Positions 30,101-44,100 of a stretch of 64,000 bases of DNA are shown piece by piece; positions within the stretch are counted from its first letter, which is position 1, and each line of letters begins with the position of its first letter. Both the position numbers and the translations under genes were made by a program. Source of the DNA: Eledone cirrhosa (lineage: Eukaryota). The DNA lies in contig OZ024741.1 of the NCBI GenBank assembly GCA_964016885.1, forward strand, positions 48,980,001 through 49,044,000. The letters are read 5' to 3'. The notes under the pieces are model-generated. The model was given only the letters and a program-made list of their open reading frames with translations. It was not told the DNA's origin and made no database searches.

Positions 30101-33100
30101 GTTACTATACCAGTAGAAACTAGTTTATACTAGATCTATTACTGTGATAATGGGGAGTTACTATACCAGTAGTAACTAGTCTATAATAGATCTATTACTG
30201 TGATAATGGGGTGTTACTATACCAGTAGTAACTAGTCTATACTAGATCTATTACTGTGATAATGGGGAGTTACTATACCAGTAGTAACTAGTTTATACTA
30301 GATCTATTACTGTGATAATGTGGAATTACTATACCAGTAGAAACTAGTCTATACTAGATCTATTACTGTGATAATGGGGAGTTACTATACCAGTAGTAAC
30401 TAGTCTAAACTAGATCTATTACTGTGATAATGTGGAGTTACTGTACCAGTAGTAACTAGTCTATACTAGATCTATTACTGTGATAATGTGGAGTTACTAT
30501 ACCAGTAGAAACTAGTCTATACTAGATCTATTACTGTGATAATGGTGAGTTACTATACCAGTAGAAACTAGTCTATACTAGATCTATTACTGTGATAATG
30601 TGGAGTTACTATACCAGTAGAAACTAGTTTATACTAGATCTATTACTGTGATAATGTGGAGTTACTATACCAGTAGAAACTAGTTTATACTACATCTATT
30701 ACTGTGATAATGTGGAGTTACACTACCAGTAGTATCTAGTCTATAATAGATCTATTACTGTGATAATGGGGAGTTACTATACCAGTAGTAACAAGTCTAT
30801 ACTAGATCTATTACTGTGATAATGGGGAGTTACTATACCAGTAGTAACTAGTCTATAATAGATCTATTACTGTGATAATGGGTGTTACTATACCAGTAGT
30901 GACTAGTCTATACTAGATCTATTACTGTGATAACGTGGAGTTACTATACCAGTAGTAACTAGTTTATACTAGATCTATTACTGTGATAATGGGGAGTTAC
31001 TATACCAGTAGTAACTAGTCTAAACTAGATCTATTACTGTGATAATGTGGAATTACTGTACCAGTAGTAACTAGTCTATAATAGATCTATTACTGTGATA
31101 ATGTGGAGTTACTATACCAGTAGAAACTAGACTATACTAGATCTATTACTGTGATAATGGGGAGTTACTATACCAGTAGTAACTAGTCTAAACTAGATCT
31201 ATTACTGTGATAATGGGGAGTTACTATACCAGTAGTAACTAGTCTAAACTAGATCTATTACTGTGATAATGTCGAGTTACTGTACCAGTAGTAACTAGTC
31301 TATACTAGATCTATTACTGTGATAATGTGGAGTTACTATACCAGTAGAAACTAGTCTATACTAGATCTATTACTGTGATAATGGTGAGTTACTATACCAG
31401 TAGAAACTAGTCTATACTAGATCTATTACTGTGATAATGTGGAGTTACTATACCAGTAGAAACTAGTTTATACTAGATCTATTACTGTGATAATGGGGTG
31501 TTACTATACCAGTAGTAACTAGTCTATAATAGATCTATTACTGTGATAATGTGGAGTTACTGTACCAGTAGTAACTAGTCTATACTAGATCTATTACTGC
31601 GATAACGTGGAGTTACTATACCAGTAGTAACTACTCTATACTAGATCTATTACAGTGATAATGGGGAGTTACTATACCAGTAGTAACTAGTCTATACTAG
31701 AACTATTACTGTGATAACGTGGAGTTACTATACCAGTAGTAACTAGTTTATACTAGATCTATTACTGTGATAATATGGAGTTACACTACCAGTAGTAACT
31801 AGTCTATACTAGATCTATTACTGTGATAATGGGGAGTTACTATACCAGTAGTAACTAGTCTATACTAGATCTATTACTGCGATAATGTGGAGTTATTATA
31901 CCAGTAGAAACTAGTCTATACTAGATCTATTACTGTGATAATGTGGAGTTACTATACCAGTAGAAACTAGTCTATACTAGATCTATTACTGTGATAATGG
32001 GGAGTTACTATACCAGTAGTAACTAGTTTATACTAGATCTATTACTGTGATAATGTGGAGTTACTATACCAGTAGAAACTAGTCTATGCTAGATCTATTA
32101 CTGTGATAATGGGGAGTTACTATACCAGTAGTAACTAGTCTAAACTAGATCTATTACTGTGATAATGTCGAGTTACTGTACCAGTAGTAACTAGTCTATA
32201 CTAGATCTATTACTGTGATAATGTGGAGTTACTATACCAGTAGAAACTAGTCTATACTAGATCTATTACTGTGATAATGGTGAGTTACTATACCAGTAGA
32301 AACTAGTCTATACTAGATCTATTACTGTGATAATGTGGAGTTACTATACCAGTAGAAACTAGTTTATACTAGATCTATTACTGTGATAATGGGGTGTTAC
32401 TATACCAGTAGTAACTAGTCTATAATAGATCTATTACTGTGATAATGTGGAGTTACTGTACCAGTAGTAACTAGTCTATACTACATCTATTACTGCGATA
32501 ACGTGGAGTTACTATACCAGTAGTAACTACTCTATACTAGATCTATTACAGTGATAATGGGGAGTTACTATACCAGTAGTAACTAGTCTATACTAGAACT
32601 ATTACTGTGATAATGTCGAGTTACTATACCAGTAGAAACTAGTTTATACTAGATCTATTACTGTGATAATGTGGAGTTATACTACCAGTAGTAACTAGTC
32701 TATACTAGATCTTTTACTGTGATAATGGGGAGTTACTATACCAGTAGAAACTAGTCTATACTAGATCTATTACTGTGATAATGTGGAGTTACTATACCAG
32801 TAGAAACTAGTTTATACTACATCTATTACTGTGATAATGTGGAGTTACACTACCAGTAGTAACTAGTCTATACTAGATCTATTACTGTGATAATGTGGAG
32901 TTACTATACCAGTAGAAACTAGTCTATACTAGATCTATTACTGTGATAATGGGGAGTTACTATACCAGTAGAAACTAGTCTATACTAGATCTATTGCTGT
33001 GATAATGTGGAGTTACTATACCAGTAGAAACTAATTTATACTAGATCTATTACTGTGATAATGTGGAGTTACTATACCAGTAGAAACTAGTCTATACTAG

Positions 33101-35210
33101 ATCTATTACTGTGATAATGTGGAGTTACTATACCAGTAGAAACTAGTTTATACTAGATCTATTACTGTGATAATGTGGAGTTACTATACCAGTAGTAACT
33201 AGTCTAAACTAGATCTATTACTGTGATAATGTCGAGTTAATATACCAGTAGAAACTAGTCTATACTGGATCTATTACTGTGTTAATGTGGCGTTACTATA
33301 CTAGTAGTAACTAGTCTATACTAGATCTATTACTGTGATAATGGGGAGTTACTGTACAAGTAGTAACTAGTCTATACTAGATCTATTACTGTGATAATAT
33401 GGTATTACACTACCAGTAGTAACTAGTCTATACTAGATCTATTACTGTGATAATGGGGAGTTACTATACCAGTAGTAACTAGTCTATAATAGATCTATTA
33501 CTGTGATAATGTGGAGTTACTGTACCAGTAGTAACTAGTCTATACTAGATCTATTACTGCGATAATGTGGAGTTACTATACCAGTAGTAACTAGACTATA
33601 CTAGATCTATTACTGTGATAATGTGGAGTTACTATACCATTAGAAACTAGTTTATACTAGATCTATTACTGTTATAATGTGGAGTTACTGTACCAGTAGT
33701 AACTAGTCTATACTAGATCTATTACTGTGATAATGTGGAGTTACTGTACCAGTAGTAACTAGTCTATACTAGATCTATTACTGTGATAATGTGGAGTTAC
33801 TATACCATTAGAAACTAGTTTATACTAGATCTATTACTGCGATAATGTGGAGTTACTGTACCACTAGTAACTAATCTATACTAGATCTATTACTGTGATA
33901 ATGTGGAGTTACTGTACCAGTAGTAACCAGTCTATACTAGATCTATTACTGTGATAATGTGGAGTTACTATACCATTAGAAACTAGTTTATACTAGATCT
34001 ATTACTGTGATAATGTGGAGTTACACTACCAGTAGTTACTAGTGTATACTAGATCTATTACTGTGATAATGGGGAGTTACTATACCAGTAGAAACTAGTC
34101 TATACTAGATCTATTACTGTGATAATGTGGAGTTACTATACCAGTAGAAACTAGTTTATACTAGATCTATTACTGTGATAATGGGGAGTTACTATACCAG
34201 TAGTAACTAGTCTATAATAGATCTATTACTGTGATAATGGGGTGTTACTATACCAGTAGTAACTAGTCTATACTAGATCTATTACTGTGATAATGGGGAG
34301 TTACTATACCAGTAGTAACTAGTTTATACTAGATCTATTACTGTGATAATGTGGAATTACTATACCAGTAGAAACTAGTCTATACTAGATCTATTACTGT
34401 GATAATGGGGAGTTACTATACCAGTAGTAACTAGTCTAAACTAGATCTATTACTGTGATAATGTGGAGTTACTGTACCAGTAGTAACTAGTCTATACTAG
34501 ATCTATTACTGTGATAATGTGGAGTTACTATACCAGTAGAAACTAGTCTATACTAGATCTATTACTGTGATAATGGTGAGTTACTATACCAGTAGAAACT
34601 AGTCTATACTAGATCTATTACTGTGATAATGTGGAGTTACTATACCAGTAGAAACTAGTTTATACTAGATCTATTACTGTGATAATGTGGAGTTACTATA
34701 CCAGTAGAAACTAGTTTATACTACATCTATTACTGTGATAATGTGGAGTTACACTACCAGTAGTATCTAGTCTATAATAGATCTATTACTGTGATAATGG
34801 GGAGTTACTATACCAGTAGTAACAAGTCTATACTAGATCTATTACTGTGATAATGGGGAGTTACTATACCAGTAGTAACTAGTCTATAATAGATCTATTA
34901 CTGTGATAATGGGTGTTACTATACCAGTAGTGACTAGTCTATACTAGATCTATTACTGTGATAACGTGGAGTTACTATACCAGTAGTAACTAGTTTATAC
35001 TAGATCTATTACTGTGATAATGGGGAGTTACTATACCAGTAGTAACTAGTCTAAACTAGATCTATTACTGTGATAATGTGGAATTACTGTACCAGTAGTA
35101 ACTAGTCTATAATAGATCTATTACTGTGATAATGTGGAGTTACTATACCAGTAGAAACTAGACTATACTAGATCTATTACTGTGATAATGGGGAGTTACT
35201 ATACCAGTAG
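27170..35210. repeat. 72-monomer (4,031 bp) tandem duplication
   Basis: ctgtacaagt 29321/33352, cactagtaactaatct 29831/33862, actggatc 29233/33264 and the G-deletion allele 30880/34911, all +4031 (72 x 56 - 1). Confidence 0.9.
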
Positions 35211-38200
35211 AAACTAGTCTATACTAGATCTATTGCTGTGATAATGTGGAGTTACTACACCAGTAGAAACTAGTTTATACTAGATCTATTACTGTGATAA
35301 TGTTGAGTTACTATACCAGTAGAAACTAGTCTATACTAGATCTATTACTGTGATAATGTGGAGTTACTATACCAGTAGAAACTAGTTTATACTAGATCTA
35401 TTACTGTGATAATGTGGAGTTACTATACCAGTAGTAACTAGTCTAAACTAGATCTATTACTGTGATAATGTCAAGTTAATATACCAGTAGAAACTAGTCT
35501 ATACTGGATCTATTACTGTGTTAATGTGGCGTTACTATACTAGTAGTAACTAGTCTATACTAGATCTATTACTGTGATAATGTGGAGTTACACTACCAGT
35601 AGTTACTAGTGTATACTAGATCTATTACTGTGATAATGGGGAGTTACTATACCAGTAGAAACTAGTCTATACTAGATCTATTACTGTGATAATGTGGAGT
35701 TACTATACCAGTAGAAACTAGTTTATACTAGATCTATTACTGTGATAATGGGGAGTTACTATACCAGTAGTAACTAGTCTATAATAGATCTATTACTGTG
35801 ATAATGGGGTGTTACTATACCAGTAGTAACTAGTCTATACTAGATCTATTACTGTGATAATGGGGAGTTACTATACCAGTAGTAACTAGTTTATACTAGA
35901 TCTATTACTGTGATAATGTGGAATTACTATACCAGTAGAAACTAGTCTATACTAGATCTATTACTGTGATAATGGGGAGTTACTATACCAGTAGTAACTA
36001 GTCTAAACTAGATCTATTACTGTGATAATGTGGAGTTACTGTACCAGTAGTAACTAGTCTATACTAGATCTATTACTGTGATAATGTGGAGTTACTATAC
36101 CAGTAGAAACTAGTCTATACTAGATCTATTACTGTGATAATGGTGAGTTACTATACCAGTAGAAACTAGTCTATACTAGATCTATTACTGTGATAATGTG
36201 GAGTTACTATACCAGTAGAAACTAGTTTATACTAGATCTATTACTGTGATAATGTGGAGTTACTATACCAGTAGAAACTAGTTTATACTACATCTATTAC
36301 TGTGATAATGTGGAGTTACACTACCAGTAGTATCTAGTCTATAATAGATCTATTACTGTGATAATGGGGAGTTACTATACCAGTAGTAACAAGTCTATAC
36401 TAGATCTATTACTGTGATAATGGGGAGTTACTATACCAGTAGTAACTAGTCTATAATAGATCTATTACTGTGATAATGGGTGTTACTATACCAGTAGTGA
36501 CTAGTCTATACTAGATCTATTACTGTGATAACGTGGAGTTACTATACCAGTAGTAACTAGTTTATACTAGATCTATTACTGTGATAATGGGGAGTTACTA
36601 TACCAGTAGTAACTAGTCTAAACTAGATCTATTACTGTGATAATGTGGAATTACTGTACCAGTAGTAACTAGTCTATAATAGATCTATTACTGTGATAAT
36701 GTGGAGTTACTATACCAGTAGAAACTAGACTATACTAGATCTATTACTGTGATAATGGGGAGTTACTATACCAGTAGTAACTAGTCTAAACTAGATCTAT
36801 TACTGTGATAATGGGGAGTTACTATACCAGTAGTAACTAGTCTAAACTAGATCTATTACTGTGATAATGTCGAGTTACTGTACCAGTAGTAACTAGTCTA
36901 TACTAGATCTATTACTGTGATAATGTGGAGTTACTATACCAGTAGAAACTAGTCTATACTAGATCTATTACTGTGATAATGGTGAGTTACTATACCAGTA
37001 GAAACTAGTCTATACTAGATCTATTACTGTGATAATGTGGAGTTACTATACCAGTAGAAACTAGTTTATACTAGATCTATTACTGTGATAATGGGGTGTT
37101 ACTATACCAGTAGTAACTAGTCTATAATAGATCTATTACTGTGATAATGTGGAGTTACTGTACCAGTAGTAACTAGTCTATACTAGATCTATTACTGCGA
37201 TAACGTGGAGTTACTATACCAGTAGTAACTACTCTATACTAGATCTATTACAGTGATAATGGGGAGTTACTATACCAGTAGTAACTAGTCTATACTAGAA
37301 CTATTACTGTGATAACGTGGAGTTACTATACCAGTAGTAACTAGTTTATACTAGATCTATTACTGTGATAATATGGAGTTACACTACCAGTAGTAACTAG
37401 TCTATACTAGATCTATTACTGTGATAATGGGGAGTTACTATACCAGTAGTAACTAGTCTATACTAGATCTATTACTGCGATAATGTGGAGTTATTATACC
37501 AGTAGAAACTAGTCTATACTAGATCTATTACTGTGATAATGTGGAGTTACTATACCAGTAGAAACTAGTCTATACTAGATCTATTACTGTGATAATGGGG
37601 AGTTACTATACCAGTAGTAACTAGTTTATACTAGATCTATTACTGTGATAATGTGGAGTTACTATACCAGTAGAAACTAGTCTATGCTAGATCTATTACT
37701 GTGATAATGGGGAGTTACTATACCAGTAGTAACTAGTCTAAACTAGATCTATTACTGTGATAATGTCGAGTTACTGTACCAGTAGTAACTAGTCTATACT
37801 AGATCTATTACTGTGATAATGTGGAGTTACTATACCAGTAGAAACTAGTCTATACTAGATCTATTACTGTGATAATGGTGAGTTACTATACCAGTAGAAA
37901 CTAGTCTATACTAGATCTATTACTGTGATAATGGTGAGTTACTATACCAGTAGAAACTAGTTTATACTAGATCTATTACTGTGATAATGGGGTGTTACTA
38001 TACCAGTAGTAACTAGTCTATAATAGATCTATTACTGTGATAATGTGGAGTTACTGTACCAGTAGTAACTAGTCTATACTACATCTATTACTGCGATAAC
38101 GTGGAGTTACTATACCAGTAGTAACTACTCTATACTAGATCTATTACAGTGATAATGGGGAGTTACTATACCAGTAGTAACTAGTCTATACTAGAACTAT

Positions 38201-41160
38201 TACTGTGATAATGTCGAGTTACTATACCAGTAGAAACTAGTTTATACTAGATCTATTACTGTGATAATGTGGAGTTATACTACCAGTAGTAACTAGTCTA
38301 TACTAGATCTTTTACTGTGATAATGGGGAGTTACTATACCAGTAGAAACTAGTCTATACTAGATCTATTACTGTGATAATGTGGAGTTACTATACCAGTA
38401 GAAACTAGTTTATACTACATCTATTACTGTGATAATGTGGAGTTACACTACCAGTAGTAACTAGTCTATACTAGATCTATTACTGTGATAATGTGGAGTT
38501 ACTATACCAGTAGAAACTAGTCTATACTAGATCTATTACTGTGATAATGGGGAGTTACTATACCAGTAGAAACTAGTCTATACTAGATCTATTGCTGTGA
38601 TAATGTGGAGTTACTATACCAGTAGAAACTAATTTATACTAGATCTATTACTGTGATAATGTGGAGTTACTATACCAGTAGAAACTAGTCTATACTAGAT
38701 CTATTACTGTGATAATGTGGAGTTACTATACCAGTAGAAACTAGTTTATACTAGATCTATTACTGTGATAATGTGGAGTTACTATACCAGTAGTAACTAG
38801 TCTAAACTAGATCTATTACTGTGATAATGTCGAGTTAATATACCAGTAGAAACTAGTCTATACTGGATCTATTACTGTGTTAATGTGGCGTTACTATACT
38901 AGTAGTAACTAGTCTATACTAGATCTATTACTGTGATAATGGGGAGTTACTGTACAAGTAGTAACTAGTCTATACTAGATCTATTACTGTGATAATATGG
39001 TATTACACTACCAGTAGTAACTAGTCTATACTAGATCTATTACTGTGATAATGGGGAGTTACTATACCAGTAGTAACTAGTCTATAATAGATCTATTACT
39101 GTGATAATGTGGAGTTACTGTACCAGTAGTAACTAGTCTATACTAGATCTATTACTGCGATAATGTGGAGTTACTATACCAGTAGTAACTAGACTATACT
39201 AGATCTATTACTGTGATAATGTGGAGTTACTATACCATTAGAAACTAGTTTATACTAGATCTATTACTGTTATAATGTGGAGTTACTGTACCAGTAGTAA
39301 CTAGTCTATACTAGATCTATTACTGTGATAATGTGGAGTTACTGTACCAGTAGTAACTAGTCTATACTAGATCTATTACTGTGATAATGTGGAGTTACTA
39401 TACCATTAGAAACTAGTTTATACTAGATCTATTACTGCGATAATGTGGAGTTACTGTACCACTAGTAACTAATCTATACTAGATCTATTACTGTGATAAT
39501 GTGGAGTTACTGTACCAGTAGTAACCAGTCTATACTAGATCTATTACTGTGATAATGTGGAGTTACTATACCATTAGAAACTAGTTTATACTAGATCTAT
39601 TACTGTGATAATGTGGAGTTACACTACCAGTAGTTACTAGTGTATACTAGATCTATTACTGTGATAATGGGGAGTTACTATACCAGTAGAAACTAGTCTA
39701 TACTAGATCTATTACTGTGATAATGTGGAGTTACTATACCAGTAGAAACTAGTTTATACTAGATCTATTACTGTGATAATGGGGAGTTACTATACCAGTA
39801 GTAACTAGTCTATAATAGATCTATTACTGTGATAATGGGGTGTTACTATACCAGTAGTAACTAGTCTATACTAGATCTATTACTGTGATAATGGGGAGTT
39901 ACTATACCAGTAGTAACTAGTTTATACTAGATCTATTACTGTGATAATGTGGAATTACTATACCAGTAGAAACTAGTCTATACTAGATCTATTACTGTGA
40001 TAATGGGGAGTTACTATACCAGTAGTAACTAGTCTAAACTAGATCTATTACTGTGATAATGTGGAGTTACTGTACCAGTAGTAACTAGTCTATACTAGAT
40101 CTATTACTGTGATAATGTGGAGTTACTATACCAGTAGAAACTAGTCTATACTAGATCTATTACTGTGATAATGGTGAGTTACTATACCAGTAGAAACTAG
40201 TCTATACTAGATCTATTACTGTGATAATGTGGAGTTACTATACCAGTAGAAACTAGTTTATACTAGATCTATTACTGTGATAATGTGGAGTTACTATACC
40301 AGTAGAAACTAGTTTATACTACATCTATTACTGTGATAATGTGGAGTTACACTACCAGTAGTATCTAGTCTATAATAGATCTATTACTGTGATAATGGGG
40401 AGTTACTATACCAGTAGTAACAAGTCTATACTAGATCTATTACTGTGATAATGGGGAGTTACTATACCAGTAGTAACTAGTCTATAATAGATCTATTACT
40501 GTGATAATGGGTGTTACTATACCAGTAGTGACTAGTCTATACTAGATCTATTACTGTGATAACGTGGAGTTACTATACCAGTAGTAACTAGTTTATACTA
40601 GATCTATTACTGTGATAATGGGGAGTTACTATACCAGTAGTAACTAGTCTAAACTAGATCTATTACTGTGATAATGTGGAATTACTGTACCAGTAGTAAC
40701 TAGTCTATAATAGATCTATTACTGTGATAATGTGGAGTTACTATACCAGTAGAAACTAGACTATACTAGATCTATTACTGTGATAATGGGGAGTTACTAT
40801 ACCAGTAGAAACTAGTCTATACTAGATCTATTGCTGTGATAATGTGGAGTTACTACACCAGTAGAAACTAGTTTATACTAGATCTATTACTGTGATAATG
40901 TTGAGTTACTATACCAGTAGAAACTAGTCTATACTAGATCTATTACTGTGATAATGTGGAGTTACTATACCAGTAGAAACTAGTTTATACTAGATCTATT
41001 ACTGTGATAATGTGGAGTTACTATACCAGTAGTAACTAGTCTAAACTAGATCTATTACTGTGATAATGTCAAGTTAATATACCAGTAGAAACTAGTCTAT
41101 ACTGGATCTATTACTGTGTTAATGTGGCGTTACTATACTAGTAGTAACTAGTCTATACTA
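29960..41160. repeat. 100-monomer (5,598 bp) tandem duplication overlapping the 72-mer duplication
   Basis: agttactagtgtat 30003/35601, G-deletion 30880/36478 and 34911/40509, ctgtacaag 33352/38950 and actggatc 35503/41101, all +5598 (100 x 56 - 2). Confidence 0.9.
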
Positions 41161-44100
41161 GATCTATTACTGTGATAATGTGGAGTTATTATACCAGTAG
41201 TAACTAGTCTATACTAGATCTATTACTGTGATAATGTGGAGTTACTGTACCAGTAGTAACTAGTCTATACTAGATCTATTACTGTGATAATGTGGAGTTA
41301 CTATACCAGTAGAAACTAGTCTATACTAGATCTACTTCTGTGATACTGTGGAGTTACTGTACCAGTAGTAACTAGTCTATACTAGATTTACAACTGGGAT
41401 AATGTGGAGTTACTATACCAGTAGTAACTAGTCTATTCTAGATCTATTACTGTGATAATGGGGAGTTACTATACCAGTAGTAACTAGTCTATACTAGATC
41501 TACATGTGTGATAATGTGGAGTTACTATACCAGTAGTAACTAGTCTAAACTAGATCTATTACTGTGATAATGTGGGGTTACTATACCAGTAGAAACTAGT
41601 CTATACTAGATCTACTTCTGTGATAATGTGGAGTTACTATACCAGTAGTAACTCGTCTATACTAGATCTATTATTGTGAGAATGGGGAGTTACTATACCA
41701 GTAGTAACTAGTCTATAATAGATCTATTACTGTGATAATGTGGAGTTACTGTACCAGTAGTAACTAGTCTATACTAGATCTATTACTGTGATAATGGGGA
41801 GTTACTGTACCAGTAGTAACTAGTCTATACTAGATCTATTACTGTGATAATATGGAGTTACACTACCAGTAGTAACTCGTCTATACTAGATCTATTATTG
41901 TGAGAATGGGGAGTTACTATACCAGTAGTAACTAGTCTATAATAGATCTATTACTGTGATAATGTGGAGTTACTGTACCAGTAGTAACTAGTCTATACTA
42001 GATCTATTACTGCGATAATGTGGAGTTACTATACCAGTAGTAACTAGTCTATACTAGATCTATTACTGTGATAATGTGGAGTTACTATACCATTAGAAAC
42101 TAGTTTATACTAGATCTATTACTATGATAATGTGGAGTTACTGTACCAGTAGTAACTATTCTATACTAGATCTATTACTGTGATAATGTGGAGTTACTAT
42201 ACCATTAGAAACTAGTTTATACTAGATGTATTACTGCGATAATGTGGAGTTACTGTACCAGTAGTAACTAGTCTATACTAGATCTATTACTGTGATAATG
42301 TGGAGTTACTGTACCAGTAGTAACTAGTCTATACTAGATCTATTTCTGTGATAATGTGGAGTTACTATACCATTAGAAACTAGTTTATAGTAGATCTATT
42401 ACTGTGATAATGTGGAGTTACACTACCAGTAGTAACTAGTCTATACTAGATCTATTACTGTGATAATGGGGAGTTACTATACCAGTAGTAACTAGTCTAT
42501 ACTAGATCTATTACTGTGATAATGGGGAGTTACTATACCAGTAGTAACTAGTCTATACTAGATCTATTACTGTGATAATGGGGAGTTACTATACCAGTAG
42601 TAACTAGTCTATACTAGATCTATTTACTGTGATAATGGGGAGTTACTATACCAGTAGTAACTAGTTTATACTAGATCTATTACTGTGATAATGTGGAGTT
42701 ACTATACCAGTAGAAACTAGTTTATACTAGATCTATTACTGTGATAATGTGGAGTTACTATACCAGTAGAAACTAGTTTATACTACATCTATTACTGTGA
42801 TAATGTGGAGTTACACTACCAGTAGTATCTAGTCTATAATAGATCTATTACTGTGATAATGGGGAGTTACTATACCAGTAGTTACAAGTCTATACTAGAT
42901 CTATTACTGTGATAATGGGGAGTTACTATACCAGTAGTAACTAGTCTATAATAGATCTATTACTGTGATAATGGGGTGTTACTATACCAGTATTAACTAG
43001 TCTAAACTAGATCTATTACTGTGATAATGTTAAGTTAATATACCAGTAGAAACTAGTCTATACTGGATCTATTACTGTGTTAATGTGGCATTACTATACT
43101 AGTAGTAACTAATCTATACTAGATCTATTACTGTGATAATGTGGAGTTACTATACCAGTAGTAACTAGTCTATACTAGATCTATTACTGTGATAATGTGG
43201 AGTTACTGTACCAGTAGTAACTAGTCTATACTAGATCTATTACTGTGATAATGTGGAGTTACTATACCATTAGAAACTAGTTTATACTAGATATATTACT
43301 GCGATAATGTGGAGTTACTGTACCAGTAGTAACTAGTCTATACTAGATCTATTACTGTGATAATGTGGAGTTACTGTACCAGTAGTAACTAGTCTATACT
43401 AGATCTATTTCTGTGATAATGTGGAGTTACTATAACATTAGAAACTAGTTTATAGTAGATCTATTACTGTGATAATGTGGAGTTACACTACCAGTAGTAA
43501 CTAGTCTATACTAGATCTATTACTGTGATAATGGGGAGTTACTATACCAGTAGAAACTAGTCTATACTAGATCTATTACTGTGATAATGTGGAGTTACTA
43601 TACCAGTAGAAACTAGTTTATACTAGATCTATTACTGTGATAATGTGGTGTTACTATACCAGTAGTAACTAGTCTATACTAGATCTATTACTGTGATAAT
43701 GGGGAGTTACTATACCAGTAGTAACTAGTCTATACTAGATCTATTACTGTGATAATGGGGATTTACTATACCAGTAGTAACTAGTCTATACTACTTCTAT
43801 TACTGTGATAATGGGGAGTTACTATACCAGTAGTAACTAGTCTATACTAGATCTATTTACTGTGATAATGGGGAGTTACTATACCAGTAGTAACTAGTCT
43901 ATACTAGATCTACAACTGGGATAATGTGGAGTTACTATACCAGTAGTAACTAGTCTATACTAGATCTATTACTGTGATAATGTCGTGTTACTATACCAGT
44001 AGTAACTAGTCTATACTAGATCTATTTCTGTGATAATGAAGAGTTACTATACCAGTAGAAACTAGTTTATACTAGATCTATTACTGTGATAATGTGGAGT

